From Amoebophrya sp. A120 (lineage: Eukaryota; Protista; Dinoflagellata), in the NCBI GenBank assembly GCA_905178155.1, contig CAJINV010000001.1, positions 8,949,865 to 9,013,864 of the forward strand: 64,000 nt of DNA. Direction: 5' to 3'. Below, piece after piece: positions 36,251 to 46,500 of the stretch (its first letter is position 1; each line of letters starts with the position of its first letter). The notes under the pieces were generated by a model. It saw only the letters and a list, made by a program, of their open reading frames with translations. It did not search any database and was not told the origin of the DNA. A program made the translations under genes and the position numbers.

Positions 36251-38107
36251 CTATTTCTTCCCACTGCTTGCCTTTGTGTTTCCCTGCGGCCCGATGAACG
36301 AAGGCAGCACGTCCAATACCTCGGTGGGTAGTTTCGGGTCCCCGGGGTAGAAGATTTTTGCTTTGTCGTTGGTGTGCTGCGACAGCAGCGCCATCGCCAT
36401 TTTTCCCGGGCCCTTGTACAGTGCCTCCGGGACGTTGATGATGTAGGTTTGAACCACCTGCCCGGCGTACACGGCCTCGCCCACACGGGACACCAGACTG
36501 ACGAACTGGCGGATGTAGTACATGTCCGTCACCGTTTTCCACGTCTTCACGCCGCTGCAGTCCAGAATCAGGATGAGTCCCGACTTCCCCGCCGCCCGAC
36601 ACAGCCGGTCCTTTGCTTCCAGCGAAAGAAGCCAGGCGTTGTCGACCTCCGCGGACTTGAAGCTTTTGTACAACGCACGGAAGTCGAATTTCCCCAGCGG
36701 CCAGTATTCCACCGGCTGTCCGTAGCAGTTCAGCACGCAGTGCTTGCAGGGGAAGTGCGTCGGCGGCGACGTGCTGACACTCTCCCCGTCGGCAGTCGTG
36801 GACACAAGATCGGCTGCACTGGTAGTAGCGGACGAGGCGGCGGACTCCGCATCGTTCACCCACGAGTTGTGATCTTCTAGATTGCCTTCATCAAGAAGCG
36901 AAGCTGCTTCTTGTTTTTCTCGAAGTTCCTCTTCGGCAGCCGCTTCTCGCAGCAGTTCTTCATCGTACTGTGTCAGATCCGCGTTTTCCCCTATCGTTTC
37001 CGGTTCTTGAAACTCGTCGCTTTCTTCCGGTGCTGAGTTGGTGTTCTTGCTTCCGCCAGTACCGACTACTCCGAACATGGACCGGAACCACGAACCGGCG
37101 CTGTTGCTAGTAGTATCATCTGTTTTTTTGGTACTATTTTCCGCCGTAGATTGAACCGAGGACGAGGATTCCGTCGCCGAGCTGACGCCCTCTTTTCTAT
37201 CGAGTATCGCTTCGCCGTTCGCCAACTCGCCGGCTGCCAGGTAGAGATCTAAATCCGGTACTTCCGACTGGTCCAATTCTCGCGCGCTGTCGCGCAGAAA
37301 CTGATGCGCCTCTCCGCCGAAGGGAGATTGCGGGAGGACGAAGTCGGTCCCGAAGCGTTTGGAGGTCGTGTCCCCGTCTTTTAGGCAACCGTTTCTCGCT
37401 TCCGCGATGTACTCGTAGAAGTCCTCGGCCGAGTGGTACTGGTGGAAGGTTATCCCTAGCATGGGCAGCAGCCCCTTCTCGTGCACCTCCAGGACCCGGC
37501 TCCCCTTCCGGTCGGCGAGCTGCTGGTTGCGCACGATGTCGGGCAACTTCTCCAAGCGGAAGCGGAAGGCGTGGACGATGCTCTTTTCCGCCGTGTCATA
37601 TGTGAAATTGCTCTGCTGCAGAAAGCGCCACGCGCAACTTTCGTAGCCGCCGAAGAAGCTGATGCAGGCCGCGAGCCCCTCCCCGGACAGTAGGTGCGGC
37701 GGCCATGCGGACTTTTGGAGCCGGTTCAGGATTTTTGGCAGGTAGCGCGGGTGCATGCGCTTCAGCAGCCAGTGGGTGAGCTTCAGCATCATGCCCTCAG
37801 TCATCGTCCACTGCGTGCGGACAGGGTGGCCGGGCTCTAGTACTGGCGCGATTGCGGAGGAAGTTTCCTGCTCGGAACCAACGTCAACCTCCGACTGCAG
37901 CTCCAACGCAGGATAATAGGGTCGCTCCTGGATCGCGGCGAGGATTCGTTTCCGTTCCATCGCGTCCAAGAACGGAAAACGCCACTGGTAGCGGTTGCAA
38001 AAGTCCGCGTAGGTCTCTGCCAAATCGTAATCCAGGTCCACCATGCCAGGCTCGGAAACCCACAACTCACCCGTTGCATGGGCAATGGGCGGGCGATACA
38101 ACGACAT
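36251..38107 (-). CDS. Sec14/CRAL-TRIO lipid-binding domain protein
   Basis: 618-aa ORF. AWRFLQQSNF resembles the CRAL-TRIO N-terminal region; GQPVEYWPLGKFD, ILILDCSG, YAGQVVQTYIINVP, TNDKAKIF and LPSFIG follow. Confidence 0.85.
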   Translation of the reverse strand: MSLYRPPIAHATGELWVSEPGMVDLDYDLAETYADFCNRYQWRFPFLDAMERKRILAAIQERPYYPALELQSEVDVGSEQETSSAIAPVLEPGHPVRTQWTMTEGMMLKLTHWLLKRMHPRYLPKILNRLQKSAWPPHLLSGEGLAACISFFGGYESCAWRFLQQSNFTYDTAEKSIVHAFRFRLEKLPDIVRNQQLADRKGSRVLEVHEKGLLPMLGITFHQYHSAEDFYEYIAEARNGCLKDGDTTSKRFGTDFVLPQSPFGGEAHQFLRDSARELDQSEVPDLDLYLAAGELANGEAILDRKEGVSSATESSSSVQSTAENSTKKTDDTTSNSAGSWFRSMFGVVGTGGSKNTNSAPEESDEFQEPETIGENADLTQYDEELLREAAAEEELREKQEAASLLDEGNLEDHNSWVNDAESAASSATTSAADLVSTTADGESVSTSPPTHFPCKHCVLNCYGQPVEYWPLGKFDFRALYKSFKSAEVDNAWLLSLEAKDRLCRAAGKSGLILILDCSGVKTWKTVTDMYYIRQFVSLVSRVGEAVYAGQVVQTYIINVPEALYKGPGKMAMALLSQHTNDKAKIFYPGDPKLPTEVLDVLPSFIGPQGNTKASSGKK

Positions 38108-39149
38108 AATGGAGTTTTACTCTATGCACTTTCGTGAAAAATTACCACGCTTCACTTTCGTTCGAAAAAGAACATGAATTCTTCCAAATTAAAACTTCAG
38201 GTGCAGCAAACACAATTCCCGATTGAGGTCAGGACAGGGCTAAACAATGATGTTTGAAATCACAAACGATATAAAAAAAAGATTAAATCTGGGATAAGCA
38301 CTGCGATTTTAATTGTGGAAATCGAAATAAGTACCATGCACGGTGATATTTGATATTAAAACAATGTGCGATGAGCTCCTCAAATTACGTCACTCGATGA
38401 TACCACCAAAACCGAAAGAAATTCCTTCCTGTTTCGAAATGCAGCACCTCTCGCACAAAATGGTAATGGCAATAGCTCAGTTAGAAACGTGCTGCCTCAG
38501 AACCGAGACACTACCTCTGAGAATCTCGTTCGCGTCAGATCATGAGAACACCACAAACCAATAGTGTTTCCTACACCCATGGAGTTGCGCTCTTTAGAAA
38601 ACAGCGCAAGATGAAGGAAAAGGCAGACTAGACTGACCTTGGAAAAGTGAAAAATCCAAGGTCGGTTCGTAACATACTAATCTCGCTCTGAAGGTGTCGC
38701 CAGGTAGCTTTCGTAATTCAATGTAGGGGAACGTGTTCGCCTTTGAAGAGCGACTCAAAATTGGCTATGGCTATCATCATCCATGCTGGTGCAGGGAAAA
38801 CAATTGTCGCGAATCGGGAGCGTCAACGCTCCAAAATTTCGTAGGTAGGTAACGTCAAAGTTTCCGCTTTCGTACTATAGGCTGGCGTGGACAATTGGTA
38901 CTCCTTAATGGAGATACAAATCCGTCAAAATCGAAACTCAGTCCGTTCCTGATAAATAATTAATTTTCGTCGTCGTCGTCGTCGGTGAAACATAAACTCA
39001 TACAAGTACCCTGACGGAGTGAATATCAGTGATCTCGATGTCGATCCCCTACTACACTTCTACATGGAATTACAGTAGGGCTAGAGGCGGAGCCGAGGCC
39101 GACTTAACAGGGAACGCAACGCCAAGAGGATAACTACGACGTCTCGCAG

Positions 39150-42029
39150 TCATCCGGCTAAAGGTGTCCTGGTCGTGCCAACGTCATCAGGTATGCGGTA
39201 CCAGGGTTGCACGCTGAGGCAACATATGTGGCTGACCTCATACAAACGCCGCCACACGTACTCGAGTTGCTTCTTCTTTTCTTCCTCGGAAACTACACTT
39301 GTCGCCGCTCCAGCCTCTGGTACTTTTTTCACGTCGCTATTTACTTTGGGTTCTTCTAGTGAGCCTGGCTTCGTGTCACTCCTTGCTGACGCAGGCGATT
39401 CCCCTCTACTTCTACTATCTGCGGTCGTACTAACCGTGGTTGCACCGCTGTTAGGTTCCGACGTTTCGGGCTGCGAGCGAGGCTTTGAAGATAAGGCCCC
39501 CGAGGGATCCTCAGTGTCGCTGTTATTATAATCGGCTGTATTTTTCTCGTCCTGAGGCGCAGCAGCACCAGCGCCGAGGACGTGTCGCTTCAGAATGTTG
39601 CTACGGAAGGACCGTTCTCCCGTAGAAGGAGTGGCTCCAGCCTTGCTGCCGCACTTCTGTTCCTCTCGCTCGAACAGGCTCTCGTCGTCGTAGCACCCGG
39701 CGGCCAGCCAGGTGGTCGATTTCGCCTCGTCGTCGTACACGATGGTCATCGTCGTGCCGCACAGTTTGCAGAAATGCCGCCCGCCCTCGCTGGACGTTTT
39801 TTCGAACTTGAGCTGCTTGAATTCGTCGATCCACCGCAGGTATCAAATGCAAAAATGTATGGGTCTGGAAGATTCCGAGATTTGTCATGCTTGTCTGGCA
39901 TGACCAAAAAGTTTGTGATGCGTGTCCAAGAACAAGAAGAGACTCCTTCGCCTGTCATGCAAAAACGCACTTTGTCATGCGAAAAACGCAACACAAAGAA
40001 GCGCGGATATTTCTCATTCTTGGCCGTGCATTACAGAGCATTCACTATTCCCAACGCAGCACTACAAGTTTCCAGACCCAGACATTTTTGCATTTGATAG
40101 CAGGTGTTTGTTGTAGACCCACGCCCACGTTTGGAAGCTCGCGCCGGAGAACTTGCGGCACACGGAGCAGTAGCAGTGCTGCAGCTCTGGCGGGAAAACG
40201 CGGGCCTCGAACTTATCGCAAGAAAAACAAAAAAGTGTTACAGTTACACATTGTCTTGCAGGCCAAGCAAGACAGGCAAGCTCGGTCATGCCGGATATGC
40301 ATACAGGCCTCGTTTCATAGGTGTTTTCCCGTAGGATTTCTGCATTACAAGTTTTCTCACTCACGCAGAGAAATTTGTGTTGCTAAATTGACTACAAATG
40401 TGTAACTGTAACACTTTTTTCGTGGGATAGAACTTGACCGCACCGCAGTAGCAGCCACCGGTTACCTCAGGATTCGTCCACGGTGCCCGCTTGGCGTTTT
40501 TGCTCGCCTCGGCGGTCACAATCTTCTTTTCGCGCTGTCGGTACTTCTTTTGAGAGGACCCAGCTTCCTTCACATACCACCCCGCGCGCTCGTCGACAGA
40601 AAAATCCCGTCCGACGGGGGTTTTCAGGACGGAAGGATATCTGGATGATAATTTTCAAGTGTATAGAAGCATGGTCAGCACGCAACATCAGAAATCATGC
40701 GCCGGTCAAGAACGCATAGTAACTATAGGATATTGAAGTAGAGAAATCGATGGAGAAAATCGCATCCCAATCCAAAACGCTCACTTAGCGCAACTAGAAC
40801 TATAACAAAGACAGAAATTATACTTCTTGGCAGGCCAAAGCTCTTCTACGGGCACCCTGCCTTTATCATCGTCCTCGTAGTCGCCGTCGTCTATGCTCCC
40901 AGCGGCGACCACGACCTGGTCCTCACCGAACCGGATCATCAGGATCGATTTGCACTTCTTGCACAGGATCTTTCTTGGCACCTCCATGCACGCCTCTTCT
41001 TTTGGTCCCATCATCGCCTGAAACTTTTCTACCGTTTTGCACGGCACATCGAGCTCCCAGAAATTCGACTTCGCAACGTCAATGTTGTTCCTGTACCGTA
41101 TGCATTGCAAACATGTCTGGATGTCTGGAAGGATGCAGCTTGCTCTTCTTGTTGTGCGAACAAGTTTCGACCACAGAAAAACTGTGTTGCATGAACCAGC
41201 CAAAAGCTCCCCACTTCTTGCAAAGGAAAAGGCCGAATTTCTAGCCGAAATATGTGCAACAAAACGGTCTCGTAAAATCTGCGATGGGTCTGTGTACAGC
41301 ATTCCAGACCATATGCGTGGTCCGCGAATTGCATCACAATAAATCTTGCATTCTTACAGACAGAGAGGGACGACATTTGCACTTGATATACGAGAAGGGC
41401 TTGCCATTCTGCGTGAGATACGAGCCCCAGGCTGCGCCCGCGTGCCGCCGGCAGGAGCTGCAATGGCAGTGAAAGATTTGGAGTGGTTGTTTCTTGCACG
41501 CGTTCACGTCCGCCACATGGAACACGCATTCCCCGCACTTGCAGCTACACTGCAGCGTGATCGGGTCGCACTCGTTCTTGGCCAGTGGGCTTTTGGTCAA
41601 AAGGTTCATCATCTTTTCCATTTGGGGGTCGTGGTCGGGGGAGTGAGGTCGTGGGGTTGGATCGATTCCTGCTCCAAAATTTGGTTCAAATGCTGGAGAA
41701 GGTGGGAGAGCTAGGTCGTTCGGTGTACGATTGTGGGTACTAGGTAGTGAAGCTGTAGTGGTCGATGTGTTCCCTGAACGTGCTTTGTCGTCCTCGCGAG
41801 GGTCACCCTGTTCTGCCGCTTCTTCTGGATTTACTTCACGGTGTTTGGGAACTACAGCAGAAGCACTCGCGCGCTGCTGAAAAAACGCTGTTTGTTGATA
41901 ATTCTTCCTGTGTTTACACTTCTGTCGACCGTTCAAAGCGGCGTTCGCGATGTGTTCAGGAATCAAGACGGACGCTCGCAACAGGTGCGAAAGCCAGAAA
42001 GCCTGCATCTTCTTTGCCCCTGTTGGCAT
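39150..42029 (-). CDS. tandem GFA/CENP-V (Mss4-like Zn-binding) domain protein; 4 introns, 3 of them TIR elements
   Basis: Domain 1: CSCKCG...HCHCSSCRR...LCKKCKS. Domain 2: GGCYCGAVKFEA...HCYCSVCRKFSGA...RHFCKLCGT...WLAAG. These are continuous only after removing 41099-41388, a GT-AG intron (about 40823-40651), 40214-40429 and 39841-40099. Confidence 0.88.
39841..40099. mobile_element. introner family A, 259 bp, TSD GCAGG, inside a GFA exon
   Basis: 30-bp TIR with one mismatch. GCAGG at 39836-39840 and 40100-40104. Removal restores YNKHL-RWIDEFK. Confidence 0.93.
40214..40429. mobile_element. introner family B, 216 bp, TATC...GATA ends, TSD GAACT, inside a GFA exon
   Basis: Inverted repeat aaaaaagtgttacagttacacatt / aatgtgtaactgtaacactttttt. 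GAACT at 40209-40213 and 40430-40434. Removal restores GAVKF-EARVFP. Confidence 0.92.
41099..41388. mobile_element. degenerate introner family A, 290 bp, decayed TSD TACCG/TACGA, inside a GFA exon
   Basis: Ends tatgcattgcaaacatgtctggatgtctggaa and gacatttgcacttgata. Core words (ctgtgttgcatga, ccaaaagct, gcattccagacc) match the copy at 5464. Removal restores KPFSY-RNNIDV. Confidence 0.82.
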
Positions 42030-42640
42030 CGCCAGAACACGGTCGTACGCTGATTCTTAGCGTCATCGCCCCTAAGTAGTGAAGACATGTTGAGTTGTGA
42101 CAATGCCCTCATCAATTTGAATTCTAATCACTGTTTCTGAGTAATTTTCTCCATAGCAACGATGCGACTATGTATTTGAGCCACAGCTAGAGATTGCGAC
42201 TCGTCGCTCGCTGCTGCAAAACGAAAAGAAAAATAACAAAAAAAAGAATGCGTTTGAATTTAGAAGACGAAATCGAGAAAAATAAAAATGAAAATAAAAA
42301 GCTTCAGTGCGTTTGCGACGCAGCTGCTTGATTTTTCGATTTTCGGAATGCGCTCGGGGAAACACTGGGGGTCGGATCAATATCAATCGAAGACGGATCC
42401 TGGCATATTCGAAAAACAGCAAAATTTCTAAAAACCGGGGATCCACCATCCTTAATCGATCTGAAGATAGATCCCCCCTTTGGTTCTTCTCTCCTAGTCT
42501 CGAGAAAGTCGTTGGAGCTCTCATCAATTCAGATGCGAAATGGGTCGGAAGTCTGTTGTTTTGTTTCGATATGGTCCCACTACTGTGTTGCAATTTCTCT
42601 GACATCAACTTCCATGAATTTTGATTGTTTTTGCCGAGTT

Positions 42641-42785
42641 GTTTCTCAGGTGGAAAAAGAAATTCATTGACCGACAGATTGTGGGCTCCTCACAAACACA
42701 ATCGACAAGCAAGAAAATATCCTTTCAGTTTTGGCGTCGTTATGCATGATGATTCGTCAAAAGAAGATACTTTCCCTTTGGCGAC
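42641..42785. repeat. intergenic dispersed repeat, copy 1 (about 100-140 bp)
   Basis: gattgtgggctcctcacaa...gcaagaaaatatcctttcagtt..ggcgtcgt.atgcatgatgattcgtca...atactttcccttt is shared with 48293-48440. Confidence 0.85.
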
Positions 42786-43567
42786 TGAGGTACATACAGA
42801 TTCACCAAAGTGGTGGTGCAGAACAAGTGCAGAGGAAATTCAACAGCAGAAACTCACACTCGGATCGACACACCGATCGACGCAGCAGAGTCTTGCTTGC
42901 TTGAAAAAAAGGGAACAGAACACGGCGGCCGGCCGGCAAATGAGCGTTCATATCTAAGAAAAGAAAACCAATTGCGTCCATGTTCGCTTCATGAGGCGAG
43001 TAGCTGTTTGCCGTACTAGTGTAAAATCTTTGAGGAACATGCAAATGCAATTTTGCATGAAAACAGAAACCATTTAGACTTTGAGATGGGAATAGAAAAA
43101 GCCTCGCTCAGACACACCAAGAAAAAAGATACCGAAAAGTCACACGTACCGATTTTAGAAAAAGAAAAAGAATGCACTACTAGTGTAAAAAAGAAAATCA
43201 ACTGTGTGTTCGCTTCTTTAGGCAAGCATCGTGACTGCCGTAGGTGCTGATTGAGTTCATCCTGAGAGCAAGTGGCTGGCAAGTTGTGCTTCAACAATTT
43301 TCCACCAGAACTTGGCCAAAAAGCACTCGCTTTTCTGTCGAACAACCAAGAGAGACCGGGGAGTTGCCGCAGAAAAGTTGCAGCGGAGTGCTCCTAAAAA
43401 AAAATAGAAAATCAAATCAACATCGGAAGAGATATTTCAAAAGCAACATTTCGAGTAGCAGCCTCATCATCATCTTTGTGCTTGTCCGTGACATTAAAGT
43501 TATGTCTATTCTCATCTTTCCCCTTGAGTGGACGCACACTCGAACGCATTTATTGTGACATCCGATG

Positions 43568-46500
43568 TCACTGCGCAATACAGTACCCCGCACCCTCGCA
43601 TCTCCTTATCAGCAATCCAAAAAACACAATCATGCAAAACCCAGCTGCTAATATCACAACCCATTGAGGCAGATTCGCCCCGATTGGCACAACAAGCCAG
43701 CCCAATTCTCCCGATGGGGACAACAAGTCTAAGATTACGAAAAGTCCGATTACGAAAAGTCCGAGAAAAAAAAGAAAAATCACAAAGAGGACACTGAGCT
43801 CGATCACCTTACATAAAGAGTATGATGTGCAACACGAACATCTGCACGTGTTCATTAATTGCCTGCAATCCTTCATTTTCCCCAAACACGAACACTGCAT
43901 ATTCCTGCAACACTCCATTTTGATGTTGCTGCAACACTTCGTAGTTTTCCTCGGGGCAAGGGAACCCGTCGAAAGTTTCGGTTTAATATCGCGCGAGCGA
44001 CTAGGTTTTGTCCGGGTTTTCTGTGTGGGAAGCTCGGTCCGTAATACTTTTTCGGACGAGGTCGGCTGCTGGGCTCGTACCAAAGCACCGACGATGGGTT
44101 GCTCGCTTTGCCTTCGCGACCTTCCACCACGAAGCCAGTCTATCAGGTAGGCGTCCCCCTTGCGCTCACGCTCAGGCTGAGCGGGAGCGGTCTCCCTTGA
44201 TGAGTCGAGGGTACTAGCGCTGTCCCGGATGTGGGAGCGCGATTCCATGCGACGAGGAGGACCCTGCTTCTGCCTGGACAAGATTTGGAAAAACGAGGCC
44301 ACGCGTTTACGCCCTGGCGCCCGCTCTGTGGATCGTGAAGAGACCGCCGGCACACCTTCTTCCTTTTTCTCCTCCGCAGGATTCAAGTAGCGTTTTCCCG
44401 AAGCTAAGACCCGCCCCCACTCTACTTGTAGAACCGGTAGCACGTTGACGAAGCTCTGGACTGTACTCCAATCCAGACCGCTATCCTTACCTGCCCGCGA
44501 CCGAGATGAGCCCGTCGCGTCTCCATCTTTCGCGAAGAGAGACTGCGCAAAGGAGTCTGCGCCTCCGCCGCCTACGATCGGAGCGTAGTATATTAACTCC
44601 GCCATAGTTGTCGTTGTAGGAGGTGACGCGCCTCCTACGTTTCTGTTTCGGTTCTGGTGCTCCTCTTTCACTTTTCTCCTGCTAATCGAAAGGGCGCCCT
44701 GGAGCAGCAAAAGCAAGCCGACGACTATTCCGGAGAGTTGTGCCTCCGGCAACGACGCCATCACATTGGGGAAAACGTCTGGAACAGAAACAGCAGGAGC
44801 AGAGGCCGCCGAAGTCGCGTTAGCGGAGGCCGGTTGTGAGGCCAACGCGTCTGCAGAACCTCCAGAAGCGACGTTTCGGGAAGTTTTCTTACGGCCGCGA
44901 GGCCGACGCGTCCTCGTCTTTTTCTGCGACATGATCGAGGTTTCGGTTTGTTGCTTCTGTTCCCGCCTGTCTCCCTGCAAGAACTGCACAAAGCTCCTCT
45001 TTGTCGTTCTGGCTGAGGTGGTAACCGGTTCCGCGCCGTCCTTTTCTTGCGTTTCCGCTCTGGGAGCGCGCGCCCTACCCACTACTCCCAGCAGATAGTT
45101 GGATCGGACGTCGGCACTGGCGAAGTGCTGGAAATCGATTCCCTGGGCAACGCGCTTTGCAATGGGGAGCAAGAACCGAACCGGAGCTTGGTCTGGCACG
45201 TCGGCATCTTCAGGCGTCCCGAGCATCTCGCCAAACATGTCTAGCATGTCGCTCATGCGGGACGCTGCGGCCTTCCCACGCCCCAGGTATGTAGTAGACG
45301 TGGGCGATTGGCCCCCTCCTCCAACTCCCGCAAAAAAGCCGAAGCCATGCATTTTTGGCATCAGGAGGAAGCTGTCCTGCAGCGGAAACAGGAGGAGCTT
45401 GTTCTCCGTAACCGAGAGGATGTGGTCCGTCAACTTGGGAAAAAGGCTCAGCAGCTGCGTGCCGTTGTGCAGTGGCGGAGCGAAGTCGGCTCGCTGTATT
45501 TTCACCGCCGCGCTTTTGTCGTCGGCAAACGCCGCGAAAGTTGCCTGCAGAATCTGCTTCGTCAGTCCCTCCAGGTACCGTGTGAACCGCTTCCCCAGCT
45601 GCGCACGGATTTCTCGTTTGGTGTCCTTGCTGTCGGTCTTGCTCGACGATCTTTGTGATGTGCTCCGTCCGGCGCTGCTCTCGTCCGAGCTCGCCGGAAC
45701 ACGGCCAGATGATGTCGCCTTCTTGTTATCATACTCGCGAAGCAGCTTCTTCGGAATGAGTAGCTGGCTGGACTCGAGGAACGTCCGCACCAGCCGAGCG
45801 AGATTTTTCAATGCAAAATGCAGGAGACGATAAAATTCGTAATCTTCTTCCAGCCGAACGCTGTGTAGGCGTTCTGTGGACACCGCAGCGGCGGCGCCGC
45901 CTGGAGCGAGAGTTCGCGCAAAGCGCGCCCGGTCGTAGAAAAAGCGGTAGACCCGGAGCTGCCCCCCCGCCCGTTTTTTTTTCTTGCCTGGCTGCTTCGA
46001 AGAGCCGGCGGACGCAAACACCCGGAAACCGCCAAAACGGGCACCAAAGGCACCGCCGCTCGAGGTCGCCCGAGGGGCCGAAGTTTGCGCTTGTGGCTGG
46101 GTGTAGTCCTGATGCTGCCCAGGAGTAATGGGATTCGCCGTGCCCGGGGGGAGCAGCCGCAGGCTATCAGCGGCAACATCTTCCAGCATGATACGCGGGG
46201 CGTACGCTTGTGGACCCCGGAGGCCGAGGAAGTTTTCCACTGGCATCGCTTCGAGAGCGATCCGAGCAACCTTTTTTCCGCGCGTAATCTGCTCCGGGCC
46301 GGCGAAGGTTTGCTGCTGCTGTTTGTTCCGCGCAGTATTCGCAGCTTTTTCATTCGTGCTGACCACGTGGTACCTTACCGCCGTCACCGCAGAAACAGAC
46401 CCTGGGCTGAACATGATGGGACTCGCCGAATTGGAGCTGCTGAACACGGGGATTAGGAATGTCACCAGGTCACCGGTTTGCGGGAGTGGAAACAGATGTT

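Noticed and set aside
38635-38663. 9-bp hairpin gaccttgga/tccaaggtc
   Set aside because: Isolated short inverted repeat with no supporting context; bacterial terminator logic does not apply here.
38751-38771. Possible dinoflagellate spliced-leader relic (also a weak match near 35485)
   Set aside because: Only partial matches to CCGTAGCCATTTTGGCTCAAG, compatible with chance.
40595-40825. Short direct repeat gacagaaa suggesting another non-canonical intron in the GFA gene
   Set aside because: Joining at the repeat is out of frame. A canonical GT-AG intron gives KKYPSVLKTPVGRDFSVDERAGWY.
42188-42601. Possible hAT-like MITE (tagagattgcgac ... gttgcaatttctctg)
   Set aside because: The terminal match is short and gapped, and the flanks show no TSD.
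43732-43764. 15-bp tandem repeat gattacgaaaagtcc
   Set aside because: A simple in-frame duplication (LFVIG/LFVIL) within a TM helix.
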